The notes below the pieces were generated by a model, which was not told the DNA's origin, searched no databases, and saw only the letters and a list, made by a program, of their open reading frames with translations. From the NCBI RefSeq assembly GCF_004010195.1, contig NC_057719.1, positions 92,829,946 through 92,893,945 on the forward strand: DNA of 64,000 nt. Direction: 5' to 3'. The first letter of the stretch is position 1, and each line of letters begins with the position of its first letter. This document shows, one piece after another, positions 39,491-52,169 of the stretch. Made by a program: the position numbers and the translations under genes. Source of the stretch: Chiloscyllium plagiosum (Eukaryota).

Positions 39491-40086
39491 TGTCCCGTAA
39501 CTCCCTATATCACTTCAACCAACTCCAACACATATTGCCCTCCACAACTCTGTGAAGTCCTCCTGCCACAGCAATTCATACTGGTTTTATAATGGTGTTC
39601 TGACCCTTATCACCCTTCGTGTGTCTGCCAGCGCTTCCAGCACAATCAAGTCGCTTTTGTCATCGTATTAAAGACCAACAATGTTTCGTCTTTCTAAAAC
39701 ACTTCCTTTGCTGGGAGAACCCTTGCTCTCCCTTTAACACCTGCTTCAACATTTTGGTAGCCCTTTTGTCAGTTTCAAAGAAGCACTGTCTTCAGAATTG
39801 TTGCATTTTATTGACTGTCTTCGAAGCCTCTTTTAATCTAATATGCTCCGTGAAGACCTGAGGGAGTCACTGATTGGTCTTTCTTGCAGATGTTTTGTCT
39901 GTGGCAATGGAATGCCATTTTTATAAACATTTTCTTGCTGTTAATTTGGAGCAATGCGTTTCAGTGCGTTTACTTAGTAATCCTTGGGCAGTTCACCGCT
40001 CATTCCCATGTAATTTGGCTTGTTTTAATTTCAGGTTGTTGGGTGTGCTTGGAGTGGTCGCTGTGAAACTTCAAAATCAGTTTGAA

Positions 40087-42040
40087 TTCCCCCTTATCAC
40101 CCAAACCCTCAAGGCCCCGACCCACTGCTGGCCAAGGACAGAGTGACTATCAAAAACAAAGAAGCTGTCACTCAACGCTGGAGGGAGCACTTCAGAAACC
40201 TCCACAACCAGGACTCTGTCACCGATCCGAGTGTCCTTGACTGTATCACACAGCATGCTACCCACCACAGCCTCAGCAATGCCTGAGCCTCACATGTATT
40301 AAAGAAGACCGTCCACCAGCTCAAGAACAAAAAGGCGGCTGAAGCAGACGGTATACCCGCTGACGCATAGACTGCGGAGGCATAGAGCTCCCAGGGGAGC
40401 TGCACACCCTTGTGTGCCTTATCTGGCAGGAGGAGAGCATCCCCGGAGAGCTCCAAGATGTTACCGTCGTGAACATTTTCAGAAAAGGTAATAGTTATGT
40501 TTGTGGGAACTACAGGGGACTGCTGTCGACCATTGGAATAGTCAATGTCAAGGTTCTCCTCAACCGTTTCCTCCCTGTGGCTGAGGAGCTCCTCCTGGAA
40601 TCACAGTGTGGCTTCTGGCCACAGAGGGGCGGAACTTACATGATTGTCACCGTGTGATAGCTGCAGGAGAAATGCAGAGAACATAACCTCCCCCGTACTT
40701 GGCTGTCTTCAACCTTACGAAGGCCTTAGACACCGTCACCCAGGAAACATTATGGAGTGTCATTCTCAGCTTTGGTTAGACCGTGAAGTATGTCCCCATC
40801 CTTCGCCTGCTCCATGATAACATGGAGGGCAGGTTAATGACAAGTGGCTCCATCACCGAACCATTCCTCGTTCAGACCGGGGTCAAGCACGGTGGTGTCA
40901 TTGCCCCAACACTGTTCCCGATCTACCCCACTGAAATGCTTCAACTCAATGCCGACAAGCTCCCCGCTGGAGTAGGGCTAATCTCCAGAACCAGCAGGAA
41001 ATTGTTCAACTTCCCCTGACTTCAAATAAAAACGAAACCCACCCCAAAAAAGTGTCATCGAGCTGCAGTACGTGTATGGTTGTTGTGTCTGTGTGCAATC
41101 TCAGAGGGTGTACTCCTGCCTATTGTCAGCACCTTTACAGGGAAATATCAGAGTATGGGTCTCAGCATGAAGATCCAGAAGACGAAGGCTCTCTACTAAC
41201 CTGACCTGGCATTGCAGATCAAATCCCCGATCATCAAGGTCCATGGGGAGGCCTTGGACTTTCCAATCCCTCTGGAATGTCCTGTTGACTAATGCAGATA
41301 TAGATGAAGAGATCCAGTACTTCCTCCAGAGTGCTAGTACAGCGTCTGGCCGTCTGAGGGAAAGGAAGTTCGAGGACAACAACATCAGATCCAAGCCTAA
41401 GCTCATAGTATACAGAGCTGTGGTGGTTCCCACCCTCCTGTATGGTCTGAGACATGAACTCAAGGTGGTGGAGCAGTCCAACAACACTGCCTGTTTAAGA
41501 TGCTGTGAATCCACTGGGAAGTCAGACACTCTAACAGCAATGTCCTCGTCCAGGCCAACATCTCCAGCACCGAGGCACAGACACACCCTACTTTGATCGG
41601 CTGTGATGTGCTGGTTATTTCGTTCCCCTGACTGACACGAGACTCTCAAGGCAGGTGCACTACACCCAGCTCCGAAACGAGAGGGAAGCCCCAGATGTGC
41701 TGAGGAAGTGCTTTAGGGATACCCACAAAGCCTCACTGCGGAATTGCAGTATTCCCACTGACACCTGGGAATTACTGGGCCAAGATCATCAAAAGTGCGG
41801 GACGAGCATTGGGAAGGCGTCGACCACCTTGTGACGTGCTGTGGGGAAAAAGGGGAATGCAGGCGAAAACAGCACAAGGAGCATGCTGTCACCCCAATGG
41901 CCCACCAGTCCCCTTTGCACGGCCACCTTCTGCCCCAATTGTCACAGAGCCTGTGGAAGCCACATGGGTCTGTTCAGCCATCGACAGACTCCCCCCCGAA
42001 AGTAGGAGAAAGTTAGCCTCGTCTCTGCCAATGAAGTGAT
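40087..42040 (+). mobile_element. RTE-clade LINE, 5'-truncated and decayed
   Basis: RWREHF, ADGIPA, CGNYRG, ESQCGF, LQEKCRE, LTKA.DTV, GVKHG.VIAPTLF, ELQY, and C-terminal C2H2-like CPNCHRACGSHMGLFSH. Confidence 0.9.
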
Positions 42041-44189
42041 GAGATAAGAATATTGAATTCACTCACAATTATCCCAGTGCCTTTTGTTACAAATTCAAAG
42101 AATTCCCTGTTAATGCAGTGTCTAACGATGTCATTCCACTTTTGTGTTCTGACCCTTATTACCAAGAATTTGCGTTCATATTCACCGTAATCTGAGGGCA
42201 AGTATTTTCTTGGTAATCCAATTGTCAACCTAGCTATAAGAGTGCCTCATCCTGTTCCTTATTCTGCCTGGCGTTCAAGAATGTAACCCTGAATATTAAT
42301 GCCCCACCTTTTTTGTTCACCCTGTGACTACGTCTCAGTGATTAGACAGAAATCACAAATCAGACATTTACCTTACTGTAGATACGTCGTTCATTCAAAT
42401 TACCCAACAGTAACTTACTTTTTCACCACAATTTCCTGTCACAAATCTATTTGCTGATGTGCAATTTTTGTTAAACTCAGTCCGTACCTGTTTCTTTCCG
42501 TTTGTCTTTAGCCACATCCCCATCATGTTCCAATATTTCAAAATTTCTCTTTGGACTTGTGAATTTCCTTTCACCCGTGCTCTGTCCCTCCTCAATTGTG
42601 TCAGTTTAAAGCATTCTGCATAATCCTGGTCATATGATTGACTAGTACACTGGCCCCAGCACTGTACCAGAAGAGCCCTCCCCGATATAGTAGCTGACTT
42701 CTCCCTGAGTGCCCACTGAATGAGAACCACTTTTCACTACATTATTGTTTGCTCCTGAATTCCTCCTGAAATCTGGTGATATCTCTCAGTATCTGTCCAT
42801 GTGGTATCCCTGACTGTATGGGTGCAAGCGCTGCCTCTGTCAGCACCTCTTGTAACTGGTCTGAGATCCTGAGCCAACAGAATTCTCCACTCCAGAGAGA
42901 CGCAGCAGCACAGGCCAGGGACGGAGGCAGGGATTTTCCAGACCTCTGCGAGACTCACTGCTATTCTATATGTGTAATGCTCACTGCATAAGTGTAATTT
43001 CCCATTCTGTCTATTTCTCTGTCTCCTGTAGGTACTCAGGATATTGTTGACTCAGCCGAATTCCCAACGCCTGTCTCTTCCATCACCTCATCGAGGACAG
43101 TTGGCCAGCCAGCAAGATGGAGAGGGAGATATGGAACCATCAATGAATTCTGCAGCCGATAAGATCATCCAAAATAAACAGTACTGGAGGAGTTAGTGGA
43201 CATCAACTCAGATCGTGACAACATGATGTAGATACAATGCTGGGCAAGGAACACAAGAAAAATCCCAGGCTTCAATATCCATCTCTTGCTTGTAACTTCT
43301 TCTGGTCCACAGAACACACCCTTATCTGTGTCTGTTTCTCCAATCCGTAACACCGTCTCTCTCTTGTAACATTCTCCAGTAGACACTACCTCTCCTATCT
43401 CTGTAAACACCTGACGTCTTGCCTCTCCCTGTAAGCTCCTCCTACCAGCACACTCTCCATGTCTATTATTTTTGCCATTAATACTGTCCCTTTCTAATTA
43501 ATCTTCTCCAGCCCCAACAGCCCTCCTCATGTGTGAAAAGATCTCTTCAATTCCTTGAGCCATTCCCGGCAGTGTAGTCTCTTCCAGATTTTAGAACCTC
43601 CTTACCCTTGTAACTATGTCAATTTCGTACTATTTTCATGGTCTATGCAACCTTCCCCGTCACGACAAAAAAAACCCTACCTTAGTGACCTCCTCCAGCT
43701 GTTATACTCCTCCTTTTCTCTGGACAGTATGCAGTGCCACCATGCCACTCTCAGAATTTAGTTTCGACAATTCTAATGACAACTGTAAACTCACCCTGTC
43801 GCTAAAACAATCTCAATCTCTTTATTCTTTGCTGTTCCCTCTGCATGTAATGTCCTTCAATCCCTACGGACCTTTCTGCCTTGAACCGCCTTCAGACACA
43901 AAGGCAGAGTTTATTTGCATAACCTGCTTGCCTGAAACGCCCTCTCATTCCAAAAACCTTACCTTTATCTCTCAGCTGTTCTATTCTCCACAGCACTCCT
44001 TATCTCTGGAATACCTCCTATAGTTGCTACAGACGTCCATATCATTAAATGCATCAGTCACTGTAATATCATACTATCGGGCGAAAGCAGGAATAGTGTG
44101 CTTAGTTAGATGATCAGTTGCGAACATATTGAATAGTGGTGCCGGTTGGAATGGACAAATAACTGACAACAGTGCCTGTTTCTGTGTAA

Positions 44190-45120
44190 ACTCCCTATCT
44201 CCATAACCTCCTTCAATCTCCAAAACCCTCGCTTTCGCCATTACCTCCTCCAGTTCCCACGACACAGGCTATCTTCATAAACTCCATTGATCCCCACAAT
44301 CCTCCCTGACTCCATATCCTCCTTAGTCCCCACAATCCTCCCTATCGCCATAATCTCATCCAATCCACATGGCACTCCTTATCTTCAAAAGCTCCACCAA
44401 TCCTCACAACTCTCTGTGTCTCCATAATCTCCTTCAGTCCCCAAAACCCTCCTTATCTGCCTTATCTTCTTCTTGCCCCACAACCCTATCTTCATAACCT
44501 AATTCAGACCCCACAATCCTCTGTATCTACATAATCTCCAGCAGTCCCCACAAACTCCCATCTGCATAACCTACACCAGTCCCCACAAACCTCCTTATCT
44601 GTATAATCTCTTTCAATCCCCACAATATCTGTATCTTCATAACCTTCACCAAACCCCACGACACTCCCTATCTTCATAACATCCACCAGTCCCCACAACC
44701 ATCCCTATCTCCTATACTCCTTTTGTCTTCACAATCGTCCTATCTTCATAACCAACACCATGTCTCTACAGTCCTCCCTATCTTCATAATTTTCTTCATT
44801 CCATACGACCCTCCCTAACTGTGTAACCTCTTTGAGTCCCCACAATCCTCCTTACCTGTGCAATCTCCTTCAGTTCCCGCAACCCTACCCATCTCCATAA
44901 GCTCCAACATTCCCACATGCCTCCCTATTTATAAACCCCTGCTGTCACCAATCCTCCCTATCTCTATAACTTTCTTCAGACTCCACAACTTTCTCTATCT
45001 CCATAAACTCACTGAGTCCCTACATCCTCCCCAGCTGTGTAACCTCCTTCTCTCCCCATGACCCTCTGTATCTCTGTAACCTACTCAAGCTACTACAGTA
45101 CTCCCTATCACTGTAACCAT
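44190..45120. repeat. ~37-38-bp C/T-rich minisatellite, roughly 25 degenerate units
   Basis: Consensus-like CCTCCCTATCTCCATAATCTCCTTCAGTCCCCACAAT. Confidence 0.85.
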
Positions 45121-45784
45121 ATCCTTCAAACTCTAAAATGCTCCATATTTGTCAAACTGCCGCAATACATCCAATTCTCCATATCTTTGTAACCTCCTAA
45201 CTTAGTAAACCGTTCTTACCTCTGTAACGTAATATCCTACTGTGCCTAAATACCTCACTATCTTTGTACGTTCCTCCACTCGCTGCAGCTGTTCCTGTCT
45301 TTGTAACATTGTCCTGCATCTTGAAAGCTGCTGATTGCTGAAACCTCTTCAGGCACTGTACTTTCTTTATATCTGTTACCTTGCCCTGCACTTAGAAACC
45401 TCCGTGTCTGTATGATCCCTTGCTGACTCTGCATCCCTCCCTATCTCTAACCACCACCAGCCTCCACAGCCCTTCCTACATCTATAGCCTCTTCCAATCC
45501 CATTAGGTCCCCTTTTTACTGCAAACTTCTCCAGCCACTATATCACTTCCCATTTACCAAGCCTATTGCAGTACCTACAATTTATGTCAGTTTCAGAAGT
45601 CGACTCTTTCTCTATTCTCCGAATCTCTACACGTGTCTCTACAATCCATAAACCTCTCCCACTCCGCAACTTTCCGTCCCTTTCTGAAATCTTCCAGACC
45701 AATTCAGCTTCCAATTCCTTTATGCACTAATACCTGTAACATGTTTTCATTGTATTTTACCACTGTGCCGAAAAACTCCCGCTA

Positions 45785-46085
45785 GGGGCGGGACGGTGGC
45801 TCAGTGGTTAGCACTGCTGCCTCACAGCATTAGGCTCCAAAATTCGATTCCAGCCTTGGGCGACCAACTGTGTGGAGTTTGCACATTCTCCCCGTGCCTG
45901 CGTGTCTCTGCTTTCCTCCAACAATCACAAACATGTGTAGGTCAGGTGATATTTACGTTGCTAAATTGCCCACAATGTTAGGTGCATTACTCAGAGGGAA
46001 ATGTATCTGAGTGGATTACTCTTCTGAGGGTCGGTGTGGACCGCTTGGGCCGAATGGCCTGTTTTCACACTATAGGGAATCTAAT
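45785..46085 (+). mobile_element. HE1-like SINE, full length
   Basis: GGTGGCTCAGTGGTTAGCACTGCTGCC head, TTCGATTCC B-box, GGGAATCTAAT end. Confidence 0.9.
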
Positions 46086-46578
46086 ACAAACTATAAACTG
46101 CTCCAACTCCTCTACTACCTCAATAAACGTTTTCAGCTCCGAAAAGTCATCCCTTTCTGTGTGACCTCTTTGAGTCATGAAAACATTTCCCATCTTCAGA
46201 ATCTACAACCTTCCCCAGTTGGCTCATCCCCCCAAGTCCCTGTAGTATTCCGGATCTGTCACATCTACACAAATCTTGGTGACTTTCCAGTTCGTTAAAA
46301 TGCACCTTCAATATCAGCTCATCTAGTAACTCCATTGATCTACTTGCCTCCATATTCTTCTGCAACCTTTGTACACGAATCTATGTAAAGTCCATTCTCA
46401 CATTCAATCCTCCCGACTGAGGGCACCGCCTCCAGTCTGTGTGATACTCCCGAAGTACGTAACTGTCGCTGGCCTGGAAAAGCTTCCAGACGGCACAGCC
46501 TTCCAGTATATCTAACCTTGTGAATGTACAAGAGTTTTTATATTTGTATTCTTCTTCAAGCATAACACCGCTCTGTAT

Positions 46579-46705
46579 GGGCCTCACGGTGGCTCAGTGG
46601 TTAGTACTGTTGCCTCACAGCACCAGAGTCCCAGGTTCTATTCCAGACTCGGGTGACTGTCTGTGTGGAGTTTGCACATTCTCCCCGTGTCTGTGTGGGT
46701 TGCCT
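46579..46705 (+). mobile_element. HE1-like SINE 5' half
   Basis: GGTGGCTCAGTGGTTAG...GGTTCTATTCC; truncated by CR1. Confidence 0.85.
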
Positions 46706-46714
46706 CGCCCATAA

Positions 46715-47625
46715 AAGACAGACGGTAGTGGTAGGTTGAAAGCATTCAGCCTGCAGCTCGGTGACCAATGTTGTAGCACAGGGATCGGTTAGTGTTCCTC
46801 TGCTGTTTGTGGAAGTGGAAGAGTGGGTTAGTTAGTTTGCCGATGACAGTAAGGTGGTGGAGTGGTGTGTAGTGTGTAGTGTGGAGGGCTGATATAGGTT
46901 GCAACAGGACATTGACAAGATGCAGAGCTGGGGCTGAGAAGTTGCAGTTGGAGTTCAATCTGGAAAAGTGTGAAGTGATTCATTTTGGAAGGTCAAATTT
47001 AAACGCAGCATGTAGGATTTAAGGCAAGATTCTTGGTTGTGTGGAGGAACAGCGGGAGATAAAGATCCACGTACAGGTACACTTCAAAGTCGCCACCCAC
47101 GTTCATAGACGTATGGTGTGTTTGCTTTCATTAGCTGAGGAATGATATGGAACCTTTACAGCGCTGCAGATGAGATTTACCAGGATGATGCCTGGACTGG
47201 AGAGCATTTCTGATGAAGAAATGTTGATGGAGCAAAGGCTTTCTCATGGGAGCGAAGAAGGGTGAGGGGTCATTTGATACAGTTGGACAAGATGATGAGA
47301 GCAATACTCAGAGACTTTTTCACTTGGCAGAAATGGCGATCATGAGGGTGATATTTTAATGGTGTTGGGTGGAAGGTTAAGGGGAGATTTCGGAAGTAGA
47401 TTCTTTACACAGAGCGGTTAATGGGTGCAATACACTGCTAACGGTGGTAGTAGAGTCAGATACATTAGAGAAATTTCATAGACACTTGAATAGACACATG
47501 AATGATAGCGAAATGAAGGCAATGTAGGTTAGTTTGATCTTCGAGTAAGATAAAAGTTTGGAATGACATCAAGTGCCAAAAGCCTTGTCTTGCACTGTTC
47601 TGTGTTCTGTGTTCTACGTTTTATG
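46715..47625 (+). mobile_element. Decayed CR1 3' fragment
   Basis: FADD, LQQDIDKMQSW, RFTRMMPGLE motifs and TTCTGTG-type tail. Confidence 0.85.
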
Positions 47626-47954
47626 AGGCAGAATGGTAATCAGATCAGATCAAGGTAAAAGGATAGGGCATCCAGGAGGAGCTATTCAACTGGATATAGA
47701 ATTGGTTTGATGTAGGACATAAATTGTGGTGAGATGCATTTTAATTTTGTGATAAGAGGCATGTGACCAGTGGTCTAGTCGGTCAACTGTTGCTTGTGAT
47801 TTAGATAAATGATTTGAATGAGAATATTGGTTTCATGCTAAGTTTGAGGGTGATATTGAATTTGGTGATGTAGTCAGCAGTGAAGAATGTTATCTATGAC
47901 ACAACAGGATTACCAGTACTGCTGGGATTGTGGAGTGAGTAATATCACATGGAG

Positions 47955-50542
47955 TTTACTTAGCCCTAATAGTCAAAGAAAAATTGAGAAACAAATTTGG
48001 AAGGAGATCCCAAAAACCTAAGATCCCTAAGAATAATAGGGTGGTTATGGTAGGGGATTTTAACTTTCCAAACATAGACTGGGACTGCCATAGTGTTAAA
48101 AGTTTAGATGGAAATGAATTTGTTAAGTGTGTACAAGACAATTTTCTGATTCAGTATGTGGATGTACCTACGAGAGAAGGTGCAAAACTTGACCAACTCT
48201 TGGAAATAAGGCAGGGCAGGTGTCTGAGGTGACAGTGGGGTAGCACTTTGGAGTCAGGGACCATAATCCTATTAGTTTTAAAATAGTGATGGAAAGAGAT
48301 AGACCAGATCTGAAAGTTGAAGTTCTAAATTGGAGAAAGGCCAATTTTGATGGTATTAGGCAAGATCTTTCGAAAGTTGATTGGAGGCAGATGTTCGCAG
48401 ATAAAGGGATGGCTGGAAAATGGGAAGCCTTCAGAAATGGGATAATGAGAATTCAGAAAAAATGTATTTCTGTCAAGGTGAAAGGAAAGACTGGTAAGTA
48501 TAGGGAATGCTGGTGACTAAAGAAATTGAGGGTTTGGTTAAGAAAAAGAAGGAAACATATGTAAGGTATAGACAGGATAGATCGAGTGAATGCTTAGAAG
48601 AGTATAAAGGAAGTAGGAGTATACTTAAGAGGGAAATCAAGAGGACAAAACGGGGACATGAAGTAGGTTTGGAAAATAGAATTAAGAAGAATCCAAAGGA
48701 TTTTTAGAAATACATTAAGGACAAAAGGTTAACTAGGGAGAAAATAGGGCCTCTCAAAGATCATCAAGGCGGCCTTTGTGTGGTCCCGCAGAAAGCGGGG
48801 GAGATACTAAACGAGCATTTTGCATCAGTATTTACTGTGGAAAAGTATATGGAATATTATAGACTGTAGGGAAATAGATGGTGACATCTTGCAAAATGTC
48901 CAGATTACAGAGGCGGAAGTGCTGAATGTCTTGAAACGGGTAAAGGTGGATAAATCCCCAGGACCTGATCAGGTGTACCCGAGAAATATGTGGGAAGCTA
49001 GAGAGGTGATTGCTGGGCCTCTTGCTGAGATATTTGTATCATCGATAGTCACAGTTGAGGCGCCAGAAGACTGGAGGTTGGCAAACGTGGTGCCACTGTT
49101 TAAGAAGGGTGGTAAGGACAGTCCAGGGAACGATAAACCGGTGAGACTAACTCCGGTGGTGGGCAAGTTGTTGGAGATAATTCTGAGGGATAGGATGTAC
49201 ATGAATTTCGAAAGACAACGATTGATTGGGGATAGTCAACATGGCTTTGTGCATGGGAAATCATGTCTCACAAACTTGATTGAGTTTTTTGAAAAAGTAA
49301 CAAAGAGGATTCATGAGGGCAGAGCATTAGATGTGATCTATATGGACTTCAGTAAGGCGTTCGACAAGGTTCCCCATGGGAGACTGATTAGCAAGTTTAG
49401 ATCTCATGGAATACATGGAGAACTAGCCATTTGGATACAGAACTGGCTCAAAGGTCGAAGACAGAAGTTGGTGGTGGAGGTTGCCTTTCAGACTGGAGAC
49501 CTGTGACCAGTGCAGTGCCACAAGGATTGTTGCTGAGTCCTCTACTTTCCATCATTTAAATAAATGATTTGTAAGCGACCATAAGTAGTACAGTTAGTAA
49601 GTTTGCAATGACACGAAGGTTAGAGGTGTAGTGGACAGCAAAGAGGGTAACCTCAGATTACAATATGATCTTTACCAGATGGGCCAATGGGCTGACAAAT
49701 GGCAGATGGAGTTTAATTTAGATAAATGTGACGTGCTGCATTTTGGGAAAGCAAATCTTAGTAGGACTTATACACTTAATGGTAAGGACCTGGGGAGTGT
49801 TGCTGAACAAACAGACGTTGGAGTGCATGTTCATAGCTTCTTGAAAGTGGCGTCGCAGGTAGATAGGATAGTGAAGAAGGCGTTTGGTATGATTTCTTTT
49901 ATTGGTCAGAGTATTGAGCATAGGAGTTGGGAAGTCATGTTGCGACTGTACAGGACATTGGTTTGGCCACTGTTGGAATATTCTGTGCAATTCTGTTCTC
50001 ATACCTACCGAAAAGATGTTGTGAAACTTGAAAGGGTTCAGAAAAGATTGACAATGATGTTGCCAGGGTTGGAGGATTTGAACTATAGGAAGAACTACGG
50101 GCGGGGGGGTGGGGGGGAGGAGGAGGTGGGGCTGTTTTCCCTGGAGCATCGGTAGCTGAGACATGACCTTATGGAGCTTTACAAAATTATGATGGGCATG
50201 GATAGGGTAAATAGGCAAAATCTTTTCCCTTGGGTCAGGGAGACCAGAACTAGAGGGCATAGGTTTAGGGTGAGAGGGGAAATATATGGAAGAGAACTAA
50301 GGGGCAATTTTTTCACGCAGAGGGTGGTACATTTATGGAATGAGCTGCCAGAGGAAGTGGTGGAGGCTGATACAATTTCAACATTTAAGAGGCATTTGGT
50401 TGGGTACATGAATATGAAGGGTTTGAAGAGATATGGGCCGAGTGCTGGCAGGTGGGACTAGACTGGGTTGGGACATGTGGTCCACATGAATGGGTTGGAC
50501 CAAAACATCTGTTTCCATGCTGTACATCTCTATGACGCTATA
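47955..50542 (+). mobile_element. CR1 ORF2 from mid-endonuclease to 3' UTR, several frameshifts
   Basis: VVMVGDFNFPNIDW, DKSPGPD, YMDFSKAFDKVPH, WQMEFN, FFTQRVV across ORFs 47984-50461. Confidence 0.95.
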
Positions 50543-50811
50543 AGATAAATGTGAAGTGTTCCATATTAATGAAACAAACAAGGGCAGGACTTTTACAGTT
50601 AATGTTAGTGACCTGGATAGTAGTTGTGGATCAGAGATCCACAGATACAGATACACAGTTCTTTAAAAGTGCTGTCACAGTTAGACAGGCTGGTGAAGCA
50701 GGCGTTTGGGTTGCTTACTTTCATAGACTGACCATTGAGAGTAGAGGTTGGGATGTGATTTTGCATCTGTACAGTACATTAGTAAGACCACCATTAGACA
50801 ATTGTTTTGAT

Positions 50812-51086
50812 TTAGAATACTTACAGTGCGGAAGTAGGCCCTTCGGCCCAACATGTCTACACATGACCCGCCGAAGTGCACCCCACCCAGACCCATTCAC
50901 CTCTATTTACCCCTGCCCTAACACAATTCACCTGACCTGCACATTTTTGGAGTGTGGGAGGAAACTGGTGCACCCGGAACACGGGGAGAATATGCAAACT
51001 CCACACAATCAGTCGCCCGAGATGGAAATTGAATCCAGGTCTCTGGCGCTGTGAGGCAGCAGTGCTAACTACTGTGCCACATTGCC
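50812..51086 (-). mobile_element. HE1-like SINE
   Basis: Antisense GCTGTGAGGCAGCAGTGCTAAC head and core. Confidence 0.88.
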
Positions 51087-52169
51087 AACCAAATGCCACC
51101 GTGCCACTCAATGCCACCTGGCCACCATTTTCAGTTGGAAGAACTCATCTGGTTCACTTCCGTCCTTTAGGGGATGACATTTGACATTCTAAACTGGTCT
51201 GGTTAACATGTGACACCAGACCCACAGCATTATATCAGATTCTAAATTTCCCACTGAGTGAATAGCTATGGAGCAAAAAATGCTGGTCCAATCAGTGACA
51301 TCCTCATCCAATGAAGGAACGAATGAATAAATAAAAACGTATTTGCGCCCCCCCCCCCCCCCGGAAAACACACTCAGCTGCAACAATTCGTACTGGCTTT
51401 GTAACACACTCAGCACCACCAGCACCTTCAACTCTCTCTGTTCCTACGGTGTCAATAAACCTTATCAATTATTCCCCTTCCCACTGCGCTCCTCCTGACA
51501 GGAGACCCTGCAATCCCTTTAGCACTTACTGCTGAAACACTCTTTCACTTAAGAATTTTATATACAGTTAGGTGATCTTCTTCTCATCCTCATCATCTAA
51601 TATAATCCATTTTGTACTGAGTGAGGGACTGGTGAGAATTTCTTGATGAGGTTACGTCTGTTTGAATGGAATGTCCTTCTGTAGAATGTTTTGTACTGTT
51701 CCCTCAAATGTTTTCCGCTGTGTGTTTCCAGACACACAATTCTGTCTGTTGACCCTGTTTACGGTGGTCAATTCACCTCTCAATGTCATGTAATTGGCTA
51801 TTTTTGTTTCTAGTTGCAGCTTGTCCTTATGTGATTCACTTAAAAAGTTAATATTCTTTTAACTTTCTCTTTATGAAAATTTACCGGAGGATTTTTCCAT
51901 GTGACATTACTCATTCCCTCAGCTTCATGAGACAGGCGATTTGAGATAGATACATCCCTAGCCAGTTGAACAATGTGTTAATCAAAGAAACACTGACAAA
52001 CATATTCTCCAAACTCCTCTTCCAATACCCCCCTTGCCAGTGTGATTGTCTCAGATTATAAGAATATTGAATTTCCCAAAATTATCAAATTGACTCTGTT
52101 AAAAATTCCAATGATCTCTTTTCAAGCCATCGGTGTTTATTTACCTTACTTGTCTATAGTAATTTCTGA

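Noticed and set aside
44190..45120. Regularly spaced ~37-bp repeats as a possible CRISPR array
   Set aside because: Contiguous degenerate tandem units with no unique spacers, vertebrate context and no cas genes
45785..45860. tRNA-like A/B boxes here and at other SINE heads
   Set aside because: They continue into SINE bodies and are not tRNA genes
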